Shown piece by piece: positions 9,269-18,496 of a DNA stretch of 64,000 bases. The stretch is from the sequence record OL615013; one strand, written 5' to 3'. This DNA is from Shigella phage ChubbyThor. Below the pieces are notes generated by a model. It did no database searches. It saw only the letters and a list, made by a program, of their open reading frames with translations, and had not been told where the DNA came from. Numbering within the stretch: position 1 is the stretch's first letter; every line of letters starts with the position of its first letter. The translations under genes were made by a program, and so were the position numbers.

Positions 9269-9553
9269 TTATTGGGTGTTTCCTTTGGAGATGAATGATT
9301 CCATGTCTTCCCGAGAAATAATCGTTTCCACACGATCTTCATCGATCAACATTTCGTTCAGAAGGTCATAGCCCAGGACTTTCACACCACGCACGCCCCA
9401 AGACTTTTCCCTCAGCTCTGACTCAATACTGAGAACTCTCTGAACCGTCAGGCCACCAGAAGAGAATGGGACCGGAAAGAAAGCAGAACACACTTGGGCG
9501 CACCCATTTACACTGTAACGAACCAGCAAGACATCACACCATACGCCAGCCAT
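9269..9553 (-). CDS. hypothetical protein (94 aa)
   Basis: ORF track; tightly packed with downstream gene. Confidence 0.4.
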   Translation of the reverse strand: MAGVWCDVLLVRYSVNGCAQVCSAFFPVPFSSGGLTVQRVLSIESELREKSWGVRGVKVLGYDLLNEMLIDEDRVETIISREDMESFISKGNTQ

Positions 9554-9554
9554 G

Positions 9555-10238
9555 TTACACCTCCACCGCGTGAGACTTCAGGAGTTCATCAATCGCTTTC
9601 TGACCCATGTAGGAGAATGGGGTGCGCTGGTAGAATGCCCACAGAACCAACTGAACTACAGCGCGGGAACGGGTTTCGGCTCGCATCACCAGGTCGCTGA
9701 AATGAGGAGACTCAGCCGTCCATTGGATCTCTTCGCCCAGGTCTTGATTACAGGTCACAGAGATGCGGAACTTGTTGCACAGATTGTCGACTTCTTTGTA
9801 CGCATCGGTAGACACCCGAAGTTGGTCTGCATGCGCCCATGGTGTCGTGACGATTCTTTCTCCCATCACTTTATCAGAGATAAACCAATCAATGGATTCA
9901 ACAAACTTGCCGAAATGGTCGATGCGATAAATGCAGTCTCCCCCTTCCATAGAACGCATGGCATGATAGCGAGCGTCGATTTCGTTGTTGTGCATCGCGT
10001 TGAAGTCGATGAACACGCGACGCGCCAACACAACATCTTCCGGCTCCAGAGGGATGTATTCCCCTTCGTTGCTAGACCTCCGGATGTTCGGATAATGTAG
10101 AATGCCGCTTAAATGCCCAGTGCAATATACATAACGAGGTCCAACACCCCCGACACGAGCATGAGCGACATAGGATGGTTCTGTGAATCGCAAGTGGCCT
10201 TGATCGGCACCGACGATAATAGAATAAAGGTTTTCCAT
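9555..10238 (-). CDS. hypothetical protein (227 aa)
   Basis: ORF track; ATG at 10236-10238 preceded by conserved leader ...GAGAACTATATC. Confidence 0.5.
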   Translation of the reverse strand: MENLYSIIVGADQGHLRFTEPSYVAHARVGGVGPRYVYCTGHLSGILHYPNIRRSSNEGEYIPLEPEDVVLARRVFIDFNAMHNNEIDARYHAMRSMEGGDCIYRIDHFGKFVESIDWFISDKVMGERIVTTPWAHADQLRVSTDAYKEVDNLCNKFRISVTCNQDLGEEIQWTAESPHFSDLVMRAETRSRAVVQLVLWAFYQRTPFSYMGQKAIDELLKSHAVEV

Positions 10239-10295
10239 GATATAGTTCTCTCAAATGAAAGGGCGACCTTATGATAAGCCGCCCTGGATTATTGA

Positions 10296-11204
10296 TTATT
10301 GGAAATCGCCGACATACATGTTCAGCTTGTCATCCCAGTTCAGAACGATGCGGATCGTTCCGGAATCTTCAGGGAATGACAGCTTAGAGCACATGGCGCG
10401 ATTGACATAAGTCCCGCTCTGGTTGACGTTGTAGTCCTTGCCTTGCATAATACCGAAGCGCTTGAAGTCGCGAGTGACCATCATGTTCAACGTGGTCCAC
10501 GGAATGATGTCACGCAAGGCTTTACACAGGATGATCTTGCCATCCGACCTGAACGACACAAACAGCTCGTTGGCGATACGACGGCGAGCAGGCGGCTCGA
10601 GTTCGCGCAGGGAGATAAATTCAGAGGGATCGTCCAATGCACCCAGGGTGATCATGTCTTCGCGAACTTTATTGACAATTTCAGTTACTGCTGACACGAC
10701 TTCAACTGCCGGATTCGTCTTAAATGGCTCAACAGTCGTGGACATCTTGGATACAGACATCCCGTTGCCGTTGCGCTTCTCTGCATATTGCTCGACGGAC
10801 TTGTCGCTCACCGGAGGCAGTTTGGTGGCAGGAGTTATGACCGGGCTTGCATCTGGTTTCGCCTTTGGGGTACTCCGAGCCGCACGCAGCTTTTCCTGGG
10901 CTTCCAGAATGCGCTCTTGACGAGAAAGTGGAGCCTTTGGGGTGATCTTCGTACTGAAATCTGAAACGCCGACCCAATCACCCTGGTCATTACGCTTGGC
11001 GACCAGAGTCAGTTTGTGGATGATGCCCTGAAGTTTGCTCTCACGCAAGTTGTCGGCATACCAGAACTTCGCGCCCATCTCGAACTTCTCGGCGAAGATC
11101 ACGCGAGCGTCTTCGTGTACCAACATAACTTTGGCTGTGTTGGGGGCAAAAGCCTTATTCTTTTCGATAATCGCCGCAGCGATTGATTTGGTCAGGAGCA
11201 TCAC
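10296..11204 (-). CDS. hypothetical protein (302 aa) with Pro/Lys-rich linker
   Basis: ORF track; long ORF, no recognised motif. Confidence 0.5.
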   Translation of the reverse strand: MMLLTKSIAAAIIEKNKAFAPNTAKVMLVHEDARVIFAEKFEMGAKFWYADNLRESKLQGIIHKLTLVAKRNDQGDWVGVSDFSTKITPKAPLSRQERILEAQEKLRAARSTPKAKPDASPVITPATKLPPVSDKSVEQYAEKRNGNGMSVSKMSTTVEPFKTNPAVEVVSAVTEIVNKVREDMITLGALDDPSEFISLRELEPPARRRIANELFVSFRSDGKIILCKALRDIIPWTTLNMMVTRDFKRFGIMQGKDYNVNQSGTYVNRAMCSKLSFPEDSGTIRIVLNWDDKLNMYVGDFQ

Positions 11205-11252
11205 AGTGTATTCCTTCAGTTCACAATGTAGGGCTAAATTTTAACCCGAAAC

Positions 11253-11570
11253 TTATTTTTGAAATCCGACAAAGTCCTGGGCAATCCCCCGACAATACAT
11301 CAAGTCTTTCTTCGTTTGTGGGCTGTTTTCGGCCGCAGACATCATCATTGGTAGGTCCAGCGCATTCTCTATCTGATCAACACTGAACAGATCAAGGCGC
11401 TTCAGCTCTCCCTCGAAGTCAGACAGGAGGATAGATGTATCTTTGTCGTCCGGATGGAATTGCTGGTACGTCTCCATCCAGGCGGCGCAGGTATTCAGTT
11501 TAGACGGTGGTGTGGCGTTTACACACCCGGCCATCAGTAACAGCAGGAGTAGGATTTTACCTTTCATCAC
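11253..11570 (-). CDS. predicted lipoprotein (105 aa)
   Basis: N-terminus MMKGKILLLLLLMAGCVNA: hydrophobic signal with lipobox-like MAGC. Confidence 0.5.
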   Translation of the reverse strand: MMKGKILLLLLLMAGCVNATPPSKLNTCAAWMETYQQFHPDDKDTSILLSDFEGELKRLDLFSVDQIENALDLPMMMSAAENSPQTKKDLMYCRGIAQDFVGFQK

Positions 11571-12253
11571 TCGTTCTCCTTCATCATATTGTCGCAGTCA
11601 ACACGAGTCTGCTGGAGTTCGCGCGACATGCGAGGATCATCAAGGTTCACGCTCAGATTCGTGGCCAAGTCTTTCAGACCGTTCTGAACACGATCCTCAA
11701 AATAATGGTCGTTCTCAACCAGCCAGGCTCTGAGGCCAAGAGCGCGAGTACGCCATTCCTTCTTCAGGACGCGATCAGAGGTCTGCGTAGCGCTGTATTC
11801 GAATACTTTGATGCACTGATTGCCATCGTTGATGAGGTTCAGGTGACGGCGGCCTATCTGCACACCCTTCTGTAATGCCGGAGAAGGGAGAGAACGGCAC
11901 TGTCTGACTGTCATGCGGCCTTGGGTGCCCATTCGACCAGTCATGATAAGATCGCCAGCCTCCATGCCGCCTCGGTTAAATTCGTCGTCATTGAGGTAGC
12001 CCTTGAGGTTATAGGCTCCCTGTTTGTATCGGTTGAACTCAATCCCGGCGTTAACAACAGCAGTGGAGACGTTGCCTGTGTTCCAGAGTTCAGCAAAGTT
12101 CTCTATGGAACCAGACTTGTCGATGGCGACTGCCTGGGAGAACCCAGCACAGTAGGAAAGATCAGACCACAGTTTGTCACCTGTGGAGTTCAGCTTGGCG
12201 GCGGCGGGTAATGCCAGACCAGCCAGCACGACCCCGAGGATTAAACGTTTCAT
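11567..12253 (-). CDS. secreted/periplasmic protein (228 aa)
   Basis: Start moved to ATG at 12251-12253 with AAGGAGA SD; N-terminus MKRLILGVVLAGLALPAAA signal peptide. Confidence 0.55.
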   Translation of the reverse strand: MKRLILGVVLAGLALPAAAKLNSTGDKLWSDLSYCAGFSQAVAIDKSGSIENFAELWNTGNVSTAVVNAGIEFNRYKQGAYNLKGYLNDDEFNRGGMEAGDLIMTGRMGTQGRMTVRQCRSLPSPALQKGVQIGRRHLNLINDGNQCIKVFEYSATQTSDRVLKKEWRTRALGLRAWLVENDHYFEDRVQNGLKDLATNLSVNLDDPRMSRELQQTRVDCDNMMKENE

Positions 12254-12338
12254 GGTGATTCTCCTTATTTCATTGGATGAAATGATAGGCGGCTCACCAT
12301 GTTGAGTAAAGGGTTTCAATAAACTATCGTATTCAGAA

Positions 12339-13169
12339 TCATTGGAATTCAACTCCATACCTTTCAAGCCATTTATCACAAGTTAAAGGATCCCAACCAT
12401 TATCTAACCTTCGAATAATCGGATTCACTTTAGCCCAGATCCCAGAAGAATTGGAACCGAATACTTCTTTAATGGCTTCTCCCTTGGTCTTACCTTTCAA
12501 TATATGGTAATGTATGTGGGCTGCCCAACACCACCAATTATCCCTATCCGGAGTCCATCTTGGCTTCTCCCAAGGCATTTGCTCTCTGGAGGTTCTGGTA
12601 AAAGCCTCAACACGTTTCCTTTCTTGGTCCGATGTCAATTTATTGGTTAGGCTCTTTCCATAACAGTGATGGTGCTCTCCTCTCTTGACACCTGCATTTC
12701 TCTTCGCAAAGAATTGTTTCAGTTCAGGGTCTTCCTTGCGCTTGTCTTCATAGAATTTCAGCAGTGAATCTGAAGTTGCATCTTTGGCTGCCTGAGACTT
12801 CTTTTTACCATACATCGGGTTGTTAGCCCCTCTGTTCTCTTCGGACAATCTCGCGGCGTATTTCTTACGCATTTTGGCGAAGAGATGTGAATTAACTCTG
12901 TGGCCATTCCTTCTCAGGATCATCAGCGCCTTTACCATACACGTATCCGGCAGCGCCAGAGCGAGACACACGTGAGCAATATAGTGGACGCGGTGTGGTA
13001 ATTTGATTAAATTGTTCTTATCTTTCTTGAATTGAGGAAATAGGGCGGCTGGAAGGATGTGGTGAAATTCTCCTTCCCCGTTGTAATCTGAATAGGCTGA
13101 AAGCAATTTCACATATTTGCCTACAAAGTGCGGTTTGCCACCTATTGTTAAAAGATATTCTCTTTTCAT
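12339..13169 (-). CDS. HNH-type homing endonuclease-like protein
   Basis: N-terminal EFHHILP...NNLIKLPHRVHYIAH (HNH pattern); NPMYGKK DNA-binding repeat like those in the GIY-YIG endonuclease at 32793. Confidence 0.6.
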   Translation of the reverse strand: MKREYLLTIGGKPHFVGKYVKLLSAYSDYNGEGEFHHILPAALFPQFKKDKNNLIKLPHRVHYIAHVCLALALPDTCMVKALMILRRNGHRVNSHLFAKMRKKYAARLSEENRGANNPMYGKKKSQAAKDATSDSLLKFYEDKRKEDPELKQFFAKRNAGVKRGEHHHCYGKSLTNKLTSDQERKRVEAFTRTSREQMPWEKPRWTPDRDNWWCWAAHIHYHILKGKTKGEAIKEVFGSNSSGIWAKVNPIIRRLDNGWDPLTCDKWLERYGVEFQ

Positions 13170-13618
13170 TTGTAGTGACTATCACTGACCGTCCGGTACT
13201 TCACACCCTTGAACTGCTTGGCGACCTTGACGAACTCCATCGCTGGCATGCCCACTTTGTAGACCTTGATGCGCTGGCGGTCATCCATGTTCAGGGCGGC
13301 GACATAGCGGTGTGAGCCGTCGACCACATAGTTATCAGAAGACACCCAAACCCGACCCATGGGCTTCTTGTTTCTGATGTTCTTCATGATCTTCCAGACC
13401 TTCATCTTGTTGATTTCGTTCTGGGTGAGACGGAGCGATTTGATAGGAACCTGACCAGCGTCGATGGTGATGCCAAGTTCCTCCAAGTAGTCATGGAACG
13501 CCTGCTGCTTGTCATCGTCGATCTGTGGCATAGAAGAACGAGAAAGCCCGAGGTTTCCAACAGGAATCCTCAGGCCGTTGATAATGTTCAACCAGTCTAT
13601 GAAGGAAGACATGAACAT
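13166..13618 (-). CDS. ParB-like nuclease domain protein
   Basis: VWVSSDNYVVDGSHRYVAA resembles ParB N-terminal motif; track start is GTG, moved to ATG at 13618 with GAGGTG SD. Confidence 0.55.
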   Translation of the reverse strand: MFMSSFIDWLNIINGLRIPVGNLGLSRSSMPQIDDDKQQAFHDYLEELGITIDAGQVPIKSLRLTQNEINKMKVWKIMKNIRNKKPMGRVWVSSDNYVVDGSHRYVAALNMDDRQRIKVYKVGMPAMEFVKVAKQFKGVKYRTVSDSHYK

Positions 13619-13761
13619 GAGATTCACCTCGGGATATGGATTATCCCTTAGTTAGGCGTGAAAAGTCTTACACAGGACGGCTCCGAGATATTCACACAAC
13701 AAAACGATCACGACGCCCAATGAACACCCAATAAGCCAACCCCAAAATTCAATACTCACCA

Positions 13762-14049
13762 TCACACCTCGTCTTCTTCAGGTCCACCATCAATCAGGAT
13801 ACGAGCGGTGTCGAAACCTTCCCCGCCTGTGTTCAACAGCTTGGTCAGATCATCAAGGGTATCGACAGGACCAAGATCAGCCTTGCGCAGAATGAACTCG
13901 AGAAGGCCGTAGAGCGCTGTTTTGTACCGTTCACCGTCGATATCGTTTTTGACTTTCATTAAGTCAATAATCGCGTCTGTCTCCCTGAAACCTGTTTCAA
14001 CTTCACTGCGCACCATAGAGAATAGAGCGAGTTCTTCGTCCCTTTTCAT
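13762..14049 (-). CDS. hypothetical acidic protein (95 aa)
   Basis: ORF track. Confidence 0.4.
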   Translation of the reverse strand: MKRDEELALFSMVRSEVETGFRETDAIIDLMKVKNDIDGERYKTALYGLLEFILRKADLGPVDTLDDLTKLLNTGGEGFDTARILIDGGPEEDEV

Positions 14050-14420
14050 AACGTACCCCCAACAGAGATCATGAACTCTTCTTCAATGGTCGTGACAGGG
14101 CGGCGGTTGCGGGTTTCGATCATGAAGCCCCAGCCGCCGTCGGCGACGTTGCCAAAGGTCTTGACGCCAAAGGTCTTCTTCCCGTTGGAGCAGGCATAGA
14201 AGTCCAAGATGAACGGACTGCCCTGATTGTCGATCCCACGGTTTACACCATCCGCTACACAGCGCTCAATCATCTTCCCGTTCTTATACAGAACGAGGTC
14301 TTGACCATATGCCTTGAAAGCATAAACGCCGTTGGTAGACACTCCGGTGATGACAGGAGGAGCGGAAACAGCAGAGAAGGAAGCGCCCAGCAGGGCAACG
14401 GCGAGGATTAACTTTTTCAT
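14046..14420 (-). CDS. secreted protein (124 aa)
   Basis: Start moved to ATG at 14418-14420; N-terminus MKKLILAVALLGASFSAVSA signal peptide. Confidence 0.55.
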   Translation of the reverse strand: MKKLILAVALLGASFSAVSAPPVITGVSTNGVYAFKAYGQDLVLYKNGKMIERCVADGVNRGIDNQGSPFILDFYACSNGKKTFGVKTFGNVADGGWGFMIETRNRRPVTTIEEEFMISVGGTL

Positions 14421-14444
14421 GATATAGTCTCTTGGTTTCAAATG

Positions 14445-14466
14445 GGCGGGGTAATCATACCCCGCC
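14445..14466 (-). terminator. GC-rich hairpin (repeat copy 1), terminator-like
   Basis: GGCGGGGTA / TACCCCGCC 9-bp stem, loop ATCA; same 20-mer recurs at about 15006. Confidence 0.5.
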
Positions 14467-14472
14467 GTGGGT

Positions 14473-14979
14473 TTATAGGGTAACAAGTGATACGGTAAAA
14501 ACCATCGTCCCGTCTGTTGCCATTTTTCTTGAAACTGGTATGACGCGAGGCTGGCAGAATATCCATTCTTTCTCCATGGACGCCAAGTCCAGCATATCCA
14601 TTTCTGATTCATCGCCTTTGTTCACAAATTTTTCTAGAGAACCATAGACATTAAGCCCCTCCGGGAGTCCGTTTCGATGTTTGTAACAAATGCGGGCAAC
14701 AGCTTTGGTTCCGTACGATTTAGAAAATTGTTTGGCCACATGCTTCAGTTCACTGAAGCTAAGACAAGAATCCCATGTCTGGAACATGTCGCCTCGTTCA
14801 AACAACATCTCTAAACGCGCAACGTCCTCCTTAGGCAGCCCGCGATAAAGTGTGGTCGTCTGTGGCTCGCGTAATTCTTGCACCAGATCACGGACGGCAG
14901 GGGAAACAGTACCGGGGCGCATGATGTGGGACTTATCATGGGCGAGGTAAAATAAATCTTGAATTTGTTGATCGGTCAT
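14473..14979 (-). CDS. hypothetical protein (168 aa)
   Basis: Track start is TTG; moved to ATG at 14977-14979 preceded by ...GCAGGAACTATATC. Confidence 0.5.
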   Translation of the reverse strand: MTDQQIQDLFYLAHDKSHIMRPGTVSPAVRDLVQELREPQTTTLYRGLPKEDVARLEMLFERGDMFQTWDSCLSFSELKHVAKQFSKSYGTKAVARICYKHRNGLPEGLNVYGSLEKFVNKGDESEMDMLDLASMEKEWIFCQPRVIPVSRKMATDGTMVFTVSLVTL

Positions 14980-15005
14980 GATATAGTTCCTGCATTTCAA
15001 ATAGA

Positions 15006-15023
15006 CGGGGTAATCATACCCCG
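15006..15023 (-). terminator. GC-rich hairpin (repeat copy 2), terminator-like
   Basis: CGGGGTA / TACCCCG stem, loop ATCA; near-identical to 14447..14466. Confidence 0.45.
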
Positions 15024-15038
15024 CCCAAAGTTATAGAA

Positions 15039-15278
15039 TTAACTGATGTGCTTCAGAAGAGCGAAGAGGATCGCGGCCTTGGCTTTCACCTTGCCGACGA
15101 CGCCTGTCTCAACATCGACTTCTTCAGCAACCCACTCTTTGCCCTTCTTGCTGATGATAACGTCACGGCGCTGGGCATATACCTCTTTGGTCGCATACAC
15201 ACGACGGAACCCTTTAGCGCGGAGCAAGCCCCAATTGCGATCAATCTCTACTGAAGTTTCGACCATTTTGTTCTTCAT
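15039..15278 (-). CDS. hypothetical basic protein (79 aa)
   Basis: ORF track; ATG at 15276-15278. Confidence 0.4.
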   Translation of the reverse strand: MKNKMVETSVEIDRNWGLLRAKGFRRVYATKEVYAQRRDVIISKKGKEWVAEEVDVETGVVGKVKAKAAILFALLKHIS

Positions 15279-15401
15279 GATATAATCTTACCTTTCAACC
15301 TGGTGAACCCCATCGTTCGCCAGTTATTGAATAATAGGATATTCCTTAGAGGAAGTAAACCCCTAAAAGTAAAAATCCCCAACAAACGTTGGGGACTTCT
15401 G

Positions 15402-15728
15402 TTATTTGCGCAGGGCAACCACGAGTTCAGCGAGTTCGCCCATGGTAGGGTCATCGCCTTTACTACCCAGCCAGCCGTCGTCGATTTCGACCTGAAACTC
15501 TTCTTCGAGGTCCATTACAATTTCGATAGCGTCCAGTTCGTCGCCGCCGAGATCCTTCTTGGTGCGGAGACCAGCCAGCTTGTCCAGGGCATCGTTGATT
15601 ACCACTTCGGCATCGACGATCCCTTTGATGCTACTCTTGTCCTCATCACTGACTTCCAGATTCAGATTGTCAGTGGCGTACTGAGCCAGATGACGCATGA
15701 CTTCAACATATGTTGGTTTACTGCTCAT
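15402..15728 (-). CDS. acyl-carrier-protein-like protein with Ser-to-Glu at the phosphopantetheine site
   Basis: KKDLGGDELDAIEIVMDLEEEFQVEI matches the ACP core LGADSLDTVELVMALEEEFG, with E where the modified Ser normally sits. Confidence 0.55.
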   Translation of the reverse strand: MSSKPTYVEVMRHLAQYATDNLNLEVSDEDKSSIKGIVDAEVVINDALDKLAGLRTKKDLGGDELDAIEIVMDLEEEFQVEIDDGWLGSKGDDPTMGELAELVVALRK

Positions 15729-15747
15729 GCTACTTCTCCCAAAGAAA

Positions 15748-15763
15748 GGCGGGTTGCCCCGCC
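15748..15763 (-). terminator. intrinsic terminator after the vWA gene
   Basis: GGCGGG / CCCGCC stem, loop TTGC; minus-strand RNA continues UUUCUUUGGGAGAAG then ATG of the ACP-like gene. Confidence 0.55.
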
Positions 15764-15770
15764 CGTTGGA

Positions 15771-17972
15771 TTAGATTTTGATCTCTTTCTCTGCCAGTTC
15801 GGCAGTGACCTTGTACTTCACGCCATCCACTTCAACTTCCATGGTTGACTCTTCCAGGTCGAGGTCGGTGAACCAGCCGTGGCCAGCAACGATACCATAC
15901 ACCACTTTAGACAGCGTCTTGTTCAAGGCGCGGACTTCAGTGATGGCCGCCTTGGCAGCAGCGTCGATCCAGTTTTCGATCAGCTGTTTCTGTACGGCTT
16001 CAGGCACGGCAGTGATCGCAGGAGACTTCACGAATGCTTCGTATTCCTTCAGAGCATTGGCGATGAACAAGTCACCCGCATTGAGTTTCTTGTTCTCGGC
16101 AATCTTCTTCTGTACTGCCGCGATGCTAGGCAGAGAAGACGCTCCAGCGATCTTAACGTTCAGCTCACGGCTCATGTAGACATCCGTGGAGTCCTTCAGT
16201 TCGGTCTTCGGTGAGAAGCCGTAATCGCGGATGCCGTAGGAGGACAGGAACTCTGCCGCCTCAGCGCCGTACTGTACTGCCAGGCCTTTGGCGTTACCTT
16301 TGCCAACCAGTTCATCACGGAAGAACTTCAGCACCTTCTGCTTGCCTTTCAGGGCTTCCAGACGGACATTATCCGCAAAGAACTGAGCAGCACTGATGTT
16401 CTTGACCATGGCGCGGTTGACCAGCGGTACGCTTTCCAGGTTCAGGACAAACACTTCCGGACCACCGAACACATGGACGCCCATCTGGCACAGATTGGTT
16501 ACAACTTCAACATCAGCCCTGAACGGCAGAGTCTTCACGTTGATGATGCCGTCTTTGACGATGGTGTAGTTGCGCCACTGGAAAGTATCCAGTTCTTCAG
16601 GCAGACCGAACTTCTTCTGCACGAACTCCGGAATCGCCACAGTGCCGTGCTGGACAGTGCGTACACTGATATTAGGGCGTTCGGAGTTATAGACCAAATC
16701 GCTGATTGGCACAACACCCAGATCGTTGTTAGGTTCGAACGTCGGGTTCCACTCTTCGTGCTCGGCCAGCTTGAGAGCCAGGGCTTTGCGCTCTTCTTTG
16801 GACTCGGCGTTCGCGATCTGTTCTGCCAGCTTGTCTTCGGTATCGTCCAGTTTCTGAGCCGTACCGCGACCGATGCTCTTGTAGGAGAACATAGGATGTT
16901 TGGTAGCAACACACACGCCAGCTTCAGCCAGATACGTCAGCACGTCAACGACGGTCGTCGCATCTTCAGCTGGAACCAGGTCATAATCAATACCGTCAAC
17001 GCCGCGCAGCTGGTCATCAACGATGGCCTGGGTCAGATCAACTTTGATGTTGGAGTAGTCCTGCTTGGTGAAGCAGTTGCTGTACTGTTTGATGAAGCGA
17101 ACGTCACCCGTTTTCTTCAGGGCAGCCCACACCAGGTCTGCGTCCATGATGTGTACGCCGTAGAACGCCAGCACGTATGCCGCCTGGATGTCCGCCAGCG
17201 CATCAAGCTGGTCGATCATGTTAGGATTGACGACCCACAGCTTCGTGACGCTCTCAGGGATGCTCACGTGGCCGATAGGATGGTCTTCATCCGGCTGTAC
17301 CGCCAGCACAGTTGCTACGCCGTTTTCAACGTAGATGGCATGATCATACAGCAACGGAACATCAACAACCACTTTCGGCACCGAGGACTTCAGTACGTTT
17401 TCCAGCTCGGTCTGATATTCGGTCTGGCCTTCGGCGAACACGTGAGTCGCGCCGGAACGTTCAGACATCAGAGCCAGCAGTTCGCGGTTACAGTACCAGC
17501 CGTATTCGATGAATGTGACGTTGTCGAAAGCGGAAGGAAGTTTTTCGGCGGTCTCCAGGATCTCATTGGAGCGCCAGCAGTTGTCATAACCATCGGTCAT
17601 GAACGCCAGGTTGTTGACGTAGCCGGGTTTCTTCAGGTCACGCGCAGTATCCATCGCCAGTTTCAATGGTTCAACAAAACCAGTACAGCCGGATGGTTGT
17701 AGGAAGCGGTCGATCAGTTTGTTCAGCTCGCTCAGGTCAGATGCTGCACTAACCTGACGGCCAGCGAACACAGTACCAAAGTCGCCACGGGATGAGAAAT
17801 ACAGAACACTCACAGTATCTTCCGGTTTCACCAGAGAAGGCAGGTTCTCCTTCAGATGCTTACGGACTTCAGGGAGCGCACGGTACATCGAATAAGAGAT
17901 GTCCACAACGATTACATGGTTGGACGGGGCAGCAGTCGCAACCGCATTCTTAAATTCTAATGATTCAATCAT
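15771..17972 (-). CDS. von Willebrand factor A (vWA) domain protein with about 500-aa uncharacterised C-terminal region
   Basis: Track start is TTG; moved to ATG at 17970-17972 (MIESLEF...); MIDAS-like HVIVVDISYSM in N-terminal domain. Confidence 0.6.
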   Translation of the reverse strand: MIESLEFKNAVATAAPSNHVIVVDISYSMYRALPEVRKHLKENLPSLVKPEDTVSVLYFSSRGDFGTVFAGRQVSAASDLSELNKLIDRFLQPSGCTGFVEPLKLAMDTARDLKKPGYVNNLAFMTDGYDNCWRSNEILETAEKLPSAFDNVTFIEYGWYCNRELLALMSERSGATHVFAEGQTEYQTELENVLKSSVPKVVVDVPLLYDHAIYVENGVATVLAVQPDEDHPIGHVSIPESVTKLWVVNPNMIDQLDALADIQAAYVLAFYGVHIMDADLVWAALKKTGDVRFIKQYSNCFTKQDYSNIKVDLTQAIVDDQLRGVDGIDYDLVPAEDATTVVDVLTYLAEAGVCVATKHPMFSYKSIGRGTAQKLDDTEDKLAEQIANAESKEERKALALKLAEHEEWNPTFEPNNDLGVVPISDLVYNSERPNISVRTVQHGTVAIPEFVQKKFGLPEELDTFQWRNYTIVKDGIINVKTLPFRADVEVVTNLCQMGVHVFGGPEVFVLNLESVPLVNRAMVKNISAAQFFADNVRLEALKGKQKVLKFFRDELVGKGNAKGLAVQYGAEAAEFLSSYGIRDYGFSPKTELKDSTDVYMSRELNVKIAGASSLPSIAAVQKKIAENKKLNAGDLFIANALKEYEAFVKSPAITAVPEAVQKQLIENWIDAAAKAAITEVRALNKTLSKVVYGIVAGHGWFTDLDLEESTMEVEVDGVKYKVTAELAEKEIKI

Positions 17973-18135
17973 CGTTATTGCCTTCTTCAGGGTTGTCTTC
18001 GGCCTCACCTTCCGGCTTGACCAGCATATGTTCAAGGAAATCGCGATTGAGTTCAATCTGACTCATCAGCGTTTCCGATGGGCTAAAGCGGCGGTCGAGG
18101 TTGTCGACGCCCGCACGTTCAAATGGTTTGGCCAT
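17965..18135 (-). CDS. small acidic protein (56 aa)
   Basis: ATG at 18133-18135 next to stop of upstream ORF; 8-nt overlap with vWA start. Confidence 0.35.
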   Translation of the reverse strand: MAKPFERAGVDNLDRRFSPSETLMSQIELNRDFLEHMLVKPEGEAEDNPEEGNNDD

Positions 18136-18136
18136 A

Positions 18137-18496
18137 TCAGCCGCCCTTGACTTCAGTAACGCCAGGGATCGACCGCAGGGCTTGGCGAACATCGGCGACC
18201 TTGTCCTTCTCCACAGTCACCACAATGAACGAGAAGTTCCTTTGTTTACGCCATTTCTTGAAGTGTGAGACAAGCTGTACTTCGTTTTCTTCTGCGCCGC
18301 TTCCCCCTTCTACAGGGACGTAAACGACACCAGATTCAATAACTACATCGGCGTCATCGGGGATATCTGCGTCTACATCTTCGCGATATTCACCATTGAC
18401 TTTGATGCAATGATCGTCGTGCCAAGCGCCGTTCACCCAATATTCATCATCGTGGTAGTACGCATTGAACTCGACACCTTTCATCTTCACAGACAT
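18137..18496 (-). CDS. hypothetical protein (119 aa)
   Basis: ORF track; ATG at 18494-18496. Confidence 0.45.
   Translation of the reverse strand: MSVKMKGVEFNAYYHDDEYWVNGAWHDDHCIKVNGEYREDVDADIPDDADVVIESGVVYVPVEGGSGAEENEVQLVSHFKKWRKQRNFSFIVVTVEKDKVADVRQALRSIPGVTEVKGG

Noticed and set aside
13667-13762. 31-aa hydrophobic ORF coupled to the stop of 13762..14049
   Set aside because: Overlap TGATG and a hydrophobic translation are suggestive, but the ORF is too short to support without conservation or expression data.
15771-18056. ORF-track start positions that correspond to TTG or GTG codons (also 14473..15000, 21165..21992, 38049..38306, 50677..51384, 53029..53799)
   Set aside because: Each has an in-frame ATG shortly downstream with a better SD or coupling to the upstream stop; the ATG was used instead.
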